DNA of 64,000 bases from Eledone cirrhosa (GCA_964016885.1 OZ024743.1:13888001-13952000); one strand, 5' to 3'. Shown: positions 14,260 to 28,768, counted from the first letter of the stretch. The notes: generated by a model from the sequence alone, not told the origin. A program made the numbers and translations.

Positions 14260-14654
<395 letters not shown>

Positions 14655-14667
14655 ATGTGTGTGTGTG

Positions 14668-14735
<68 letters not shown>

Positions 14736-15269
14736 GTAGAAGACGCTTCAGAGGTAATGCATTGGTATATGTTTACATATACGACTTCGCTATGATCAAC
14801 CGATATAATTTCAATGAAGATTTTCATATGTCCATTTCTAAACTTCATCTAAATTCACTTGTATATATGTATGAATTACAATGTTTGAGTTAGAATGAGG
14901 CTTATATGGAAGTATATACAATGCGTTTATGTTTAATAATGCGAAGATATATCTATGTACTGTGGTAGTTTTGATATAATCACAGCATAATATATACTAA
15001 ACGAGTCTCCTTTATGCTATTATATACAAACATATATTATATATTTTTACATGTTCCTCTATTATTCAGATGCTAGTTAGTACCCACCCATTAAGTTCGC
15101 TCTATATGCAATTGCGCTTCACATTATACCTTCGCGAATATAATTCATTTTAAATCATGTCCCAAGAGATATGTTCGTTCATATAACGGTGTTGTCCATG
15201 CGTAAATGTATTCATGAACTTCGAGTTATTCCTAATAATAATAATAATAATAATAATAATACCCCCCCC

Positions 15270-15311
<42 letters not shown>

Positions 15312-16411
15312 TTAAAACAATGAAATAAAAAATCAAGTCATTAGAGATATACTTCACTGCTTTACGATCGTTTCTAGATGGTGATAATACATTGTATCTA
15401 TACTCAGTTATTGATCTATGCAAGTTAACAAACTATCAGATAGAGAGAATATTTACTTACATGCATATCACCAGCTGTTTTCAATAGCAATAATAAATTT
15501 ATTCAATAATAATTTTACTCAGAATTAGTATCATGTCCATATTTGGAGGTAGTTGAAGAACTAATGAATCAAATTGTTTTTTTCATATTGTGGTGAGAGG
15601 AAAAGTAATACACTTTAGTTGAGGTCTTGACTCTTTGAAAGGAATGGTTGAAAGGTGTTAGTAGAAATGGCATAAAAATCTATTAGGAAAGAAGGAGATT
15701 GTCAAACTGATAGTTGAATGTATCTTGTATAGTGAATTTAAAAGGAATGTCTAAATAAATGGTGATTAGTGTTGTATTGAGTTTTAAGGTGAATATAAAT
15801 GAATGTTATGGCTAGGAAAGATAGTATATTAAAAGATCAAAATTATAATAAGATAATGTGATATAGTAATGCGATAATGTACATCTTAACCAACAGAATG
15901 CAGTACGGTGTGGTAAATCAGTATAATATAACATATTATATGTTCTAAAATATTACTAAGTATGTTTATGCATAAACAATCAAACTCAGATAAGTACATG
16001 TTGGCATAGTTAAAACACATAAATTTCATAGTCTACATAGTGCATATATTAACACTACATATAGAGAGAGGTACAGTTATATTGATATCTAACCAAAATA
16101 TGCATACGTGCAAATAGATGCAAATCTAAATACACATCCACACGCTTGCAAATAATCAGATATATACACATCCATACATATGTATATCCATACTTACACA
16201 TCTATACCCCCATATATACATATATATATACATATACACACACATATACACATATATTCATATACATATATATATATATATGTGTGTAGGAGGTGAGTTT
16301 TATTGTAGTACAATAAAGCAAGGCAGATATCGGATAAGTAGCACTCTACAGCTTGTAGGACTGGAGTATAAATAATATATAAGATCAAAAGATGGTTAAA
16401 AGAGTTCCATG

Positions 16412-16482
16412 TATTTTATTATGCGCATTTCAAAAACAAATATCATCATACGAAGACATTTGCGTTTTCGTCAGATAAAATA
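16412..16482 (-). ncRNA. Type I hammerhead motif
   Basis: Reverse complement of 21560-21630. Confidence 0.8.
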
Positions 16483-17469
16483 GGGAGACATGATATGAAG
16501 GTTAAAAAAACACTTGTGAATAGTGCAGTTTTAAATCAACACATGAAAAGTAGTTTTAGATTCATGTGTGATATTGGTAAAAAAATTGAGGTGGAGGGTT
16601 GAAAATGATGAAAAAGAGGAGGAGATGAGAGTAAATAATGGAGGGGGAGGAGTATAACAAGGAAGGATGAGATAGGAGGAGAGATGGGTGATAGAGAGAG
16701 AGATAGCTTTTATAACTGAGAAAAGTATGTTGTTTTACATAGAGAGGTTATAAAACCGTTGGAAGATAATATATAAATTAAAAGAATTTGAAAATTAACG
16801 AAGAGAAACATTTTAGAATAATGTTAAATTAAGGTTTGTATATTGAAGGGTTTAATAATATGTGCGATGAAAAGAAATTGTTAATATGTATTAAGAATAA
16901 TATTTAAGGGTTTAATAATATCTGCGATGGAAAGAAATTGTTGATATGTATTATTAAAAAAATATAAAAAATATAATAATAGTAAAGTAATTAAGGATAT
17001 ATTGTGAAGTAGAAGACTGGATGAATAAGTTTAATATGTATAAGTTAGATGAACATGAAAGGGAGAAAAAAATAATGAATTGAGGATGAATAATCAAAAC
17101 GTCAAAAAAATGTTTATATTTACGAAGGATTTTTCAAGGTGATATTATAACGTATGTAAAAGGGTAAGGATATTTTGTGGTGAGTAGTAATGAGAATTGA
17201 GAAGTATCTAGGAAGAAAAGTTACAGATTAGAGGTTAGAAATTAAAAGAAAAAAAGATAAAAGAAAAAAAGAAAAAAAGAAAAAAGGAAAAAAAGAAAGA
17301 AAGGGAAGCGATAAATAGGAGTGATATAGAATGAGTCACTAGTATTATATAATGTATAATAAATAGCATTGAAATAAGGTAGAAAGATGGGTATATTTTT
17401 AAAGAAATATATATGTATATATATATGTACCTTTGCGAAAAGGATTTTAAATTGGTAAAGTATTAGATA

Positions 17470-19625
17470 TTAGCTGTATACTTTATGGAATGTTCTGTGG
17501 AATTTATGCAAGCAGAGAAAAAACAAGTCAGTGCGTCTATTTATTATAGAATCTAAATTAGATATAATGGTAAGTTTCTCACATAAACAGAGATTACATG
17601 TCTTGGATAGAGAACTATTCAAGTATGTAGAAGCAGAACAAACCTTCCTCCAAGAGATTGTTATAGTTAATATTTTTGTCTTTCAAGGACCTTATGAGTT
17701 ATGAGAGTGCCGTGTTGGTTCTTTTAAGTTGGTATTTAAAAGCCGAATGATGATTATAAAGACGAGCTTTAAAGGTGGTGGAAGTAGAGCCAAAATAGGT
17801 AAAGGAATTGGTGTCAGTTATAACTTTACATTCGTAGATTAAATTTTTTTTCAAGACAATGTTTGTTGAGAGGACATTTATTTTTAACAGGGCAATTACA
17901 ATTGCGATTAGAGAGGTTTACATAGTTATTAACAAGTGACCTAGAAGGAATTGGATTGGAGAATTTACTTACGATAAGAATAATAGTTTCTTGATTTAGA
18001 ATGGGATTAAGAACATTTAACGAAGTTGCGTTTGACGTTGTATTTGGGTTTGCAGAAATTAGCCTAGAGTTAACAATGACGTCAGGAGTACTATTACTAT
18101 TTTTATGATATTCCGTGTTGGAAGCAAGAGCGTTAGTATTTAGTATTTTATTGTTGTGTTTAGAGATAATGTTGGAGATGTTGGAGGAGGTCGAATAGGA
18201 AAATGTTATAGTGTGTTTGTTAAATATTTTACTATAGATATGCGAGGGAGGGAAGTATTTATTTAAGGCACTAAAGAATAATTTAGGAATATTATTATTA
18301 ATAGAGATGGAGAAAGAAGCATTATACCAGATTATGTTTTTGTATCTCGGTCTTTTATTAAAGTTATTGGAATGATCATGATTAAGTATTCTACTGTAAG
18401 ATCTTCTAGAATTTGTTTCTTTACTATATTTGATTTCATCAGGATAACCGGCTTTAGAAAGCGCGTTATTATAGTAATTGGCGTTAGCATCAAAGATGTT
18501 TTTATTAGATGATAGGTTGGATATTATTTTTAGAATATTACTAACTATAGCATTCTTAATATTAGTGGGGTGGTTAGATTTAAAATTAACATAAATTAGG
18601 TTCTCATTGTTTTTATGGTAAGCGTAATATAGGCCAGTGTCAAGATTAAGAGATACATCCAAGAAATTAGCTAGTTTGATGTTATCAAATTCAATTTATA
18701 AATTATGTTGGTTAAACAGATTATGTATATTGTTATTAATAATATTAAGGTTAACTATGTTGCAATTTAAGATAGTAAAGAGTTTATCGTCACGATACAC
18801 TCCACCGCGAAGTTGAGGAATTTTACGATTCAAAGAGTTCAAAATAAAGATACCAATTAAATCTGTCAATTGGGATGAATCGGATGCTCCCATTGTGATG
18901 TCAACGTTGTTAGAGGTATCAGCTCTGTTCCAATATTCATTGTTGAACTCTAGGAATGATTTACGTGCGGTGAGAATGATGTGAAATTCATCTGTGGTGA
19001 TGTCTGAATATTTGTAAGCGAAAGATAGAGCATTGTTGAGAAGTGAGGGCGAAATAGAAGAATAGTAGCAAGTAATATCAAATTGAATACATTTTCGTTT
19101 GTTTTTCTTATTCAATTTGTTGAACCAGCCAATCTCTTCAGAAGTACCAAACCATAAATTTAAGTTCAAAGAAGAGCAATTAGAACGAACCTGTGGGATA
19201 ATTCTATCCAAGATGGCTTTGCTAACAACCCCCAGATATGATTTAGAGGGGGCGATTAGTCTAACAGGTAGTTCAGTACGAAAGTTGTTTTTCTGATCCT
19301 TGAGATTTATCCTCGGAGTTCTTGGGAGGAATGGTTCGGTCTTTTTTCCGATGCCAAGTTTTGACATAATCTCAGAAGCTTCAAAGTTTATGGATTCTAA
19401 ATTATCATGGTTGGTTTTGTGATATTTTTTCCTAAGTTCCTTTAAGATAAGGTTGTTATAGTTATCCTTAGAAATACCATATAAATTATTTGTTTTGTCA
19501 GAGTGGACTAAAACATTTTTTGAGGAATTTAGGTTTGAAATCGTGTTCTTGAGATTTACAGCGTGCTCTTGTCCTCTGTAAGGGTTTCTCTTGAATTTAA
19601 GATTTAAGATTTTAGGATTTTTTAT
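17470..19625 (-). pseudogene. Disrupted PLE reverse transcriptase plus GIY-YIG endonuclease
   Basis: ORFs 18696-19685 and 17826-18662 carry SDKTNNLY, QFDITCYYSSI, MGASDSSQLTDLIG, YRDD and CNCPVKNKCPLNKHC. After a frameshift come LIY..YFGST and CNLCLCEK. Contains stops and frameshifts. Confidence 0.92.
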
Positions 19626-20598
19626 AAATATAGTAGAGAAACAAATTCTAGAAGATCTTACATATGAATAATTAATCATGATCATTCCAATAACTTTAAT
19701 AAAAGACCTAGATACAAAAACATAATCTGGTATAATGTTCCTTTCTCCATCTCTATTAATAATAATATTCCTAAATTATTCTTTAGTGCCTTAAATAAAT
19801 GCTTCCCTCCCTCGCATATCTATAGTAAAATATTTAACAAACACACTATAACATTTTCCTATTCGACCTCCTCCAACATCTCCAACATTATCTCTAAACA
19901 CAACAATAAAATATTAAATACTAAATCTCTTCCTTCCAACACTGAATATCATAATAATAGTAATAGTACTCCCGACGTCATTGTTAACTCTAGGCTAATT
20001 TCTGCAAACCCAAATACAACGTCAAACGCAACTTCGTTAAATATACTTAATCCCATTTTAAATCAAGAAAAAATTATTCCTATCGTAAATAAATTCTCCA
20101 ATCGAATTCCTTCTATAGATAACACTAGGTCACTTGTTATTAACTATGTAAATCTCTCTAATCGCAATTGTAATTGCCCTGTTAAAAATAAATGTCCTCT
20201 CAACAACCATTGTCTTGAAAAAAACCTAATCTACGAATGTAAAGTTATAACGGACACCAATTCCTTTACCTATTTTGGCTCCACTTCCACCTCCTTTAAA
20301 GCTCGTCTTTATAATATATCATTCGTCTTTTAAATACCAACTTAAAAGAACCAACACGGCACTCTCATAACTCATATGGTCCTTGAAAGGCAAAAATATT
20401 AACTATAACATCTCTTTGAAGAAGGTTTGTTCTGCTTCTCCATACTTGAATGGTTCTCTATCCAAGACATGTAATCTCTGTTTATGTGAGAAATTTATCA
20501 TTATATCTTATTTAGATTCTATAATAAATAGACGCACTGACTTGCTTTCTCTCTGCTTGCATAAATTCCACAGAACATTCCATAAAGTATACAGCTAA
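19626..20598 (+). pseudogene. Inverted duplicate of the PLE C-terminal linker and GIY-YIG domain
   Basis: NIIWYN, CNCPVKNKCPLNNHC, NLIYECKV..YFGSTS, CNLCLCEK (ORF 20383-20598). Confidence 0.88.
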
Positions 20599-21559
20599 TA
20601 TCTAATACTTTACCAATTTAAAATCCTTTTCTCAAAGGCACATATATATTTCTTTAAAAATATACCCATCTTTCTACCTTATTTCAATGTTATTTATTAT
20701 ACATTATATAATACTAGTTATTCATTCTATATCACTCCTATTTATCACTTCCCATTCTTTTTTTTTTTCCTTTTTTTTCTTTTTTTCTTTTTTTCTTTTA
20801 ATTTCTAACCTCTAATCTGTAACTTTTCTTCCTAGATACTTCTCAATTCTCATTACTACTCACCACAATATATCCTTACCCTTTTATATACTTTATAATA
20901 TCACCTTGAAAAATCCTTCGTAAACAAACATTTTTTTGACGTTAGATTATTCATCCTCAATTCATTATTTTTTCTCCCTTTCATGTTCATCTAACTTATA
21001 CATATTAAACTTATTCATCCACTCTTCTACTTCACAATATATCCTTAATTACATTACTATTATTATATTTTTTATATTTTTTTAATAATACATATCAACA
21101 ATTTCTTTCCATCGCAGATATTATTAAACCCTTAAATATTATTCTTAATACATATTAACAATTTCTTTTCATCGCACATATTATTAAACCCTTCAATATA
21201 CAAACCATAATTTAACATTATTCTAAAATGTTTCTCTTCGTTAATTTTCAAATTCTTTTAATTTATATATTATCTTCCAACGGTTTTATAACCTCTCTAT
21301 GTAAAACAACATATTTTTCTCAGTTATAAAAGCTATCTCTCTCTCTCTCTATCACCCATCTCTCCTCCTATCTCATCCTTCCTTATTATACTCCTCCCCC
21401 CTCCATTCTTTACTCTCATCTCCTCCTCTTTTTCATCCTTTCCACCCCACCCCTCAACTTTTTTCCCAATATCACACATGAATCTAAAACTACTTTTCAT
21501 ATGTTGATTTAAAACTGCACTATTCACAAGTGTTTTTTAACCTTCATATCATGTCTCCC

Positions 21560-21630
21560 TATTTTATCTGACGAAAACGCAAATGTCTTCGCATGATGAT
21601 ATTTGTTTTTGAAATGCGCATAATAAAATA
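21560..21630 (+). ncRNA. Type I hammerhead motif with palindromic stem III
   Basis: TATTTTAT-CTGACGA-stem II (CAAATGTC/GATATTTG)-GAAA-TGCGCA-TA-ATAAAATA. Confidence 0.82.
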
Positions 21631-21662
21631 CATGGAACTCTTTTAACCATCTTTTGATCTTA

Positions 21663-21739
<77 letters not shown>

Positions 21740-22438
21740 CACACACACACATAGATAGATACATATATACATGTCCATCCATATAGACACACACATACAT
21801 ACGTCCATATATACATACACATATACACATATATACTTATATATGTATATATACTTATATATATACTTATGTAAATTCACTGATAATGCATCAATTCATC
21901 TACACCTCTTCAGGAATAAGGAAATGTTAGAATTGATTTGTCAATTTATATTTACAGAAATATTAAATAATCCACGGTATAATCGGTAGAAAAACATTAC
22001 TGGCATGGGCAAATAATTTAATCTTATGGAAGTAAGTTGTATCAACTGAACTATAAATTTAAAAAATATAAATTTACCTGTACAGTGGTAATGTTTATTT
22101 GAATTTGGGACTCTCAATTAAGCCAAAAACAAACAGACATATAATTGACACCGGATACAGTGGGTGTGAAATAGAGGTTTAAAATGTTTCCTTAAGAGAG
22201 ACGACAGGTGACTATTTGTGAGAAACCCATGTAAGTATATATAAATATAAGACCAACAATCCCATATTCACACCTAATAACAGAATTGTTTATTTATAGA
22301 GGTTTTTCGTCTACATATTAAAATAGAGAAAAAAAGAAAGGAGACAATTATACCAAGAAGAAAATCCTTTTAAAAAAAAAAATTATAGGGGTTTTAAAAA
22401 ACTAGATTTATAGGGGTTTTGCCTCAATGTGAGTGATA

Positions 22439-22628
22439 ATATTGGAGGTATCATTCATAGGTAGAGGTTCGGACGCCATGCTTTGCAGTATAGAGTTACT
22501 GCCCTTTACAGTCTGAGTTCGAATGCCGCCGAGGTTAACTTTGCCTTTCATCCTTTCGATAAAATAAAGTACCAGTAATGCACCAGGGTTGGTGCCGGCC
22601 TTGTGACAAAAGTAGAAACAATTATTAT
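22439..22628 (+). mobile_element. SINE copy
   Basis: GGACGCCATGCTTTG, B-box GAGTTCGAATGCC, core and AGTAGAAACAATTATTAT end. Confidence 0.85.
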
Positions 22629-23479
22629 CACTAGGGTTAAATTCGAATTTATCGTTATAACCAGATCTACAGAGTACTTAGATTACAACATTGAGCATTT
22701 AGTTCAAATATCAACCAATTACAATTTAGTTAGGATATTTCATTACATTTATTATTGATGATAGATTTAATAAGACACCTTGCTTAGTTAGAGAGGTTAC
22801 TAAAGCAGGAAAGGTTTAACTTCATGTCTGTGTGTCTGTGTTCAAAGCATTCAGTTAATAGACACCTACTGTATCTGCTGTCAACTATCTAATGTGGCCT
22901 CCCCGTTGGTTTTGGCTTCGTTAAGGACCGTAAAATCGAATAAATAGTGTTTACCCTGAACTGGTACATTTATACTTTATAATTTATAATTCAGTTGATA
23001 CACATCACTTCATTATGAGTAAATTCTTTTCTCATTCAGTCACTGCTTTTTATACTGGTTATACTCCATATTATTTGGTATTTCTCTTAATCCAAATTGA
23101 CACATACATTTAGATATGTTGTCTTATTCTTGAAGAGATGGTGTAAATAAATTTATGAATTAACATTGTGATTACATTAATAATGCAACTACTTTAAATG
23201 TTAATTACGGATTAATTCTATATTTATCTACATTAATTGATCGAAAAAGTTATTGAAAACTATATTCTTTTGCATTGCTTGATATCTTATGTTGACTTAC
23301 TCTAAATTCTATATTTTGCTCCGTTATACATCTATCTTCAGCTATCGCGATCTTACACGATGTATCACCAATTCGGACCATTTTGACTTGAATGATTGCA
23401 TATAATTATGATACAATGACTTTCCAAATATTTTGATATTGTATCAGTTAATATGGATACCTCCATATACAATTCAATT

Positions 23480-23557
<78 letters not shown>

Positions 23558-23558
<1 letters not shown>

Positions 23559-24250
23559 GGATTAACAAATAATAGTTAAATGCAGTCCACTTAGGTGAAG
23601 TCCAGTTATGGTATTCCAGGTAGTGGATGATATTAACGCTTGGCTTGGTTTGACTCAACAAGGCGTTTTCATAGTGATGCTGCGGGTATGCTGTAATTCC
23701 TATGTTGTAAACACTTGGAGTAATAATAAATCAAGAAAGAAGGTTTACATGGTTTGCTATACAAAACAGTTTTTAATCACAGCTTACATTTGTTTCACTG
23801 AACTGGTATGTGTAGAGATCGCTGTCCGCCTAATTTTGCGTCACTCGATCGCCAATACAGAATTATAACCAGTCAGATCATCGGAGCATGCGAGAATGAA
23901 GAAAATACACAGGCAAGAAAAGAAAAGAAAATATGGAGTAGTTATGGCATTCAATTAGAACAATAACAACAACAATTATTACAACAATGCTATCAATAAA
24001 CTATTTAAGGAGACCCTGACATTACTTAGGTGGGGGGTATATAATGTATCTAATGTTACGGCGTGAAAACCAACTGTCATAAGGCAAAAAGTATCGTAGT
24101 GTGTATCAATTTTAAATTATAAAGATAAGCTAGTTTTTACAGTCTTTCTCTTCATCTTCAACAGTATACATGAGTGGGACCACTGTCAAAGCTCAATAGT
24201 TGTAGAGTTAATACAGAGGTTAACGAATTAATATACGCATATATCTACGC

Positions 24251-24295
<45 letters not shown>

Positions 24296-25083
24296 AATAT
24301 ATATACACATATATGTGTACATAGACACATACATACACATCAATATACACTCGTACAAAAATATACATACATGCAAAGAGAAAAGCGTGCTAATTGTAAT
24401 TATGGCAAAAAGAAGGTAAAGTAACATTGTAGTAGTGAAATGAGAAAAACTAGGATCTAGGATCAAATGATTGCAGCAGCTGAGAAGGAGTAAGATTGTT
24501 GGTAGATGAGGTATTTACAGACAATTGTGTGGTATAGACTTGTGAAGGAAATAGTATACTTAATGAATATATGCGTATATTAATTCGTTAACCTCTGTAT
24601 TAACTCTACAACTATTGAGCTTTGACAGTGGTCCCACTCATGTATACTGTTGAAGATGAAGAGAAAGACTGTAAAAACTAGCTTATCTTTATAATTTAAA
24701 ATTGATACACACTACGATACTTTTTGCCTTATGACAGCTGGTTTTCACGCCGTAACATTAGATACATTATATACCCCCCACCTAAGTAATGTCAGGGTCT
24801 CCTTAAATAGTTTATTGATAGCATTGTTGTAATAATTGTTGTTGTTATTGTTCTAATTGAATGCCATAACTACTCCATATTTTCTTTTCTTTTCTTGCCT
24901 GTGTATTTTCTTCATTCTCGCATGCTCCGAAGATCTGACTGGTTATAATTCTGTATTGGCGATCGAGTGACGCAAAATTAGGCGGATAGCGATCTCTAGA
25001 CATACCAGTTCAGTGAAACAAATGTAAGCTATGTGATTAAAAACTTTTTTGTATAGCAAACCATGTAAACCTTCTTTCCTGAT
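23558..25083. mobile_element. Head-to-head inverted PLE-like 3' ends, non-coding
   Basis: 23730-24244 is the reverse complement of 24567-25083; left tail 23558-23729; HHR in both arms; (TA)n flanks. Confidence 0.82.
24921..25033 (+). ncRNA. Hammerhead motif with an about 80 nt stem II domain (mirror copy 23778-23890, minus strand)
   Basis: CATGCT-CCGAAGA (CCGATGA in the mirror copy)-T-CTGACTGGT..ACCAGTTCAG-T-GAAA-CAAATG-TA-AGC(T)ATG. Confidence 0.65.
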
Positions 25084-25453
25084 ATATATATATATATATC
25101 AGGAAAGAAGGTTTACATGGTTTGCCCAGGAAACCGAAGATCAATATGAAGGACCACAAGAGGAATTTTGAGATTGACCTGCCAGTTAGATTGATCGCAC
25201 CTTCAAAATCGGACCTGGGCAAATTAAGCAAAAACATTCTTGACAGGGTGATACTGACCATGTAAACCTTCTTTCCTGATATATATATATATATATCAGG
25301 AAAGAAGGTTTACATGGTTTGCCCAGGAAACCGAAGATCAATATGAAGGACCACAAGAGGAATTTTGAGATTGACCTGCCAGTTAGATTGATCGCACCTT
25401 CAAAATCGGACCTGGGCAAATTAAGCAAAAACATTCTTGACAGGGTGATACTG
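25060..25453 (+). repeat. Exact 197 bp tandem duplication spanning the PLE 5' junction
   Basis: 25060-25256 matches 25257-25453, including (AT)9. Confidence 0.9.
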
Positions 25454-27015
25454 CAAATTAAGAACTTGGATTATGTATCTAACCTGAGCTTGTGGAAGGG
25501 AACTGGAGAGGTTGTTGAGTGGTTTAGGCAAATTAAATATGACAATAATAATAGGTTTATTCAACTTGATATAGCTAACTATTATTCTTCTATTACCCCT
25601 AGTCTACTAAATAAGGCACTAAATTACGCATTCAAACATACGGACCTAACTAGCAAAGAAATGCATATTATATTATCGGCTAGGAAAACTTTGATAGAAT
25701 TTGATGACAAATTATGGACCAGAGCAGATAGAGATAGCAATTTTGACATAACTATGGGATCTTCCGACTCAGCTCAGGTAACTGACCTTGTGGGCTTATT
25801 TTTAATCAATTCGCTACATAGGAAAATACCTGGTACTACCGGAGGTTTATATAGGGATGACATGCTTTTACTTATTAATAATAATAACCCTGAACTAAAT
25901 AGAAAATGTAAACAAATTACAAAACTTTTTAAATACTTTAACCTTAAAATAGAAATTGAGAACAACCATAGAATAGTCAATTTCCTAGATATAACATTAA
26001 ATCTCAACACATGTCTCCACTATCCTTTTCACAAGTTGAATGAAAGCTCAAACTATGTCAACTTTAACTCTAACCACCCCAGATCTGTCAAAAACACTAT
26101 AGTAAACTCAGTCCAAAAACGTATCTCTAGGATCTCGTCGAATAGAAAGATTTTTGACGAAAAGGCCCAATACTATAATGATGCACTAGCTAGGGCAGGG
26201 TATGCTGATAAGATTGTGTACATAGATAATGATAAACAAACTAAACAAAGTAACAACTTTTTTAATTACGGCAACAACATTAACAACTATAATAGAAAGC
26301 ATTACAATAATTCCAAAGGACAAAAAAGAAATAGAACTAGGAACATAATTTGGTTTGCCCCCCCCCCCCTTTCTCACTAAACATTAAAACCCACATCGCT
26401 AAATTATTTTTCAAAGCTCTTGATAATCGCTTCCCTAGAACACATAGGTACCACTCAATCTTCAATAGGCATACAATTAAATTAACCTACTCATCCACCA
26501 AAAATTTAGCACAAAATATTAATAGAATAAATAATAGGAACTTAAAACCTACTGATAATAGCATAAATAATATACAAGTTAACAAATGTAACTGTAGAGA
26601 TAGATCTAAATGTCCGTTAAATAACAACTGCTTAGTTAAAAATATAGTATACAATTGTAATGTTAATACTGACTCTAATTCTTTTAACTACGTCGGTTCC
26701 ACATCGACGGAATTTAAACTTCGCTATAATAACCACAAGAATTCTTTCACAGATCCAAATAAAAAATCTTCAACGGCACTATCAGGTGTACTCTGGCAAC
26801 TTAAGCTAGATAACGTTAGATATTCGACGGCTTGGAATATAGTCTCAAGAGGGATTCCTTTTAATTCATCCTCTGAGACATGTGACCTCTGCGCAGAGGA
26901 GATATTCTTTATACTAAAATCTAAAAATTCCCTTAACCTACGGACAAATTTATTCAGTTGTTGCAAACATAGATTAAACTCAACGTTTAAATATAAATTT
27001 AAATTTAAAATGTAG
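25319..27015 (+). pseudogene. PLE RT (25319-26380) plus GIY-YIG endonuclease (26350-27015), one frameshift in a poly-C run
   Basis: QLDIANYYSSI, MGSSDSAQVTDLVG, YRDD, FLDITL, SNHP, CNCRDRSKCPLNNNC, IVY..YVGST..R, CDLCAEE. N-terminus missing. Confidence 0.93.
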
Positions 27016-28568
27016 TATATTTAGTTTGATTTATATTTATATGAGAACTAGCCGATAAATCTTTTGATTCCTAAATCTTTGATTCCCTCTTTTTACTCTT
27101 TTTATTGTTTATTTTATTTTATTTATTTTTATTTTTATTTTTATTTTTATCTAAACATTCCTCATGAAAAATTAAGCTACCCTAAAAGCCGATGCTCCAA
27201 ATTTTTTGAATTAACCTTACACTTGATAAACTTATATATTAAATATAGGAACATATGTAGACATTATTGGACATCATAATCTTTTTTGCGATATTCCTTG
27301 CTAGATGTGATTTGATAGATAATTTTTGGCTTTGTCTTGTAGTGAACTTGGCAATATATTGTCAATTAACTTTGAAGGGTTGTTCTTTGTGGTTTATTTT
27401 TATTTTCATTTTTATTTTTATTTTTATTTTTATTTTTATTTTTATTTTTATTTTTATTTTTATTTTTATTTTTATTTTTATTTTTATTTTTATTTTTATT
27501 CTTTTAGTATTGTAGTATTCTATAATATTTTTATTTTTTATTTTATTTTATTTTTATTTTTAATATTTTTATATGTAAATTTTTATTTTTAATATTTTTA
27601 TATGTAAAGTTTTAATACGTAATATTTTTAATACGTAGTATTTTTAATATGCAATATTTTTATTATGTAATATTCTTTCGTAATATTCTTTTTTAGTTTT
27701 CTATTCTATATTTTTATATTTTTATATATTTTTACTTATTATCATTATTATTGTTATCTCTGCTTATAATATAATATATATTTTCGATTAGTATATTGAA
27801 ACCTGCTCTCTATTTCTGCTTGATAGATAATCTTGTAGAGTAATCGCAAGAATAATAATACGCTCAAATTTTTATACCACATTGAGAATGTTTTCCGGTA
27901 ACTTTGAATTTGCGGAGTGAATCAGTTGGATTCACATAGACATATGAATTTTTTAAAAAACTAAACATAAGATGATGAATTTTCACGCATTGTGAATACT
28001 TGTTTCATTCAGGAATACTGATATTTACAATATAGTGTAAGTTTTATAAATACTAATACATTAAAACATAGGGTTTTCTACGCCTCGAATATGTCTGGCT
28101 ATTTTTAAATTTTTTCTCTCTATATCTCTCTATATCTCTCTATATATCTCCCTTACATTAATACTTGAGCTAAATAAATAAATAAATAAATAAATAAATG
28201 CATCATTGATACACTTACTCAAAATGACCTCCCACTACCTAATTTTTCTATATCTATATTTATATATGTATCTATCTCTATTTCCTCTCTCTCTCTCTAT
28301 ATATATATATCTCTTTCTGTCTCTTTACATGAAGCTCTTCGCTTTATCTATTTTTCCATCTCTCTATTTTGTCCCATGCATTTCTTCTTTTTCTTTTTCT
28401 TCTTTTTCTTCCTTTTCTTCGTTTTGTCTTTCTTTCTTTCTTATTTCCCTCTTTTCTCTCTCTCTTTCTTTCTCTCTGTATTTTCACTGCTAGAGTAAAC
28501 CTCTTCAAATGAAGTTGATGTTTATTACGGTATGTCGAATATATTTATCTATAAAACTGTTTATATTG

Positions 28569-28634
28569 TATTTTGTCTGATGAAGGCATAGCATATTGTT
28601 AATATGATATGCCCGAAATATATATAATGAAATA
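28569..28634 (+). ncRNA. Type I hammerhead motif in the PLE 3' region
   Basis: TATTTTGT-CTGATGA-(A)GGCATA..CATATT/AATATG..TATGCC(C)-GAAA-TATATA-TA-ATGAAATA. Confidence 0.85.
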
Positions 28635-28768
28635 GATATGGTTTTATAAATATAGTTTTCCATTTATTTAATATTGTAAATATACTCCAAGTATTTGTCG
28701 AGTGCTTTTATATCAGTTATAAATATTTACTAGTTGTAACCCAACAATTTTAAATATAACTCTACATG

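Larger units (their letters stand above)
16281..21670. mobile_element. Naiad-like Penelope element: 5'-truncated minus copy (16281-19625) fused to an inverted 3' copy (19626-21670)
   Basis: 19626-21670 is the reverse complement of about 16370-18431. RT and GIY-YIG relics, an HHR at both outer ends, (TA)n flanks. Confidence 0.92.
25125..28767 (+). mobile_element. 5'-truncated Naiad-like Penelope element
   Basis: RT plus GIY-YIG, a 1.7 kb AT-rich 3' region with an HHR, ending in (TA)n. Confidence 0.92.

Noticed and set aside
25319-27015. Selenocysteine recoding, reported for some Naiad elements
   Set aside because: Conserved Cys positions are ordinary Cys codons; no in-frame TGA in these ORFs.
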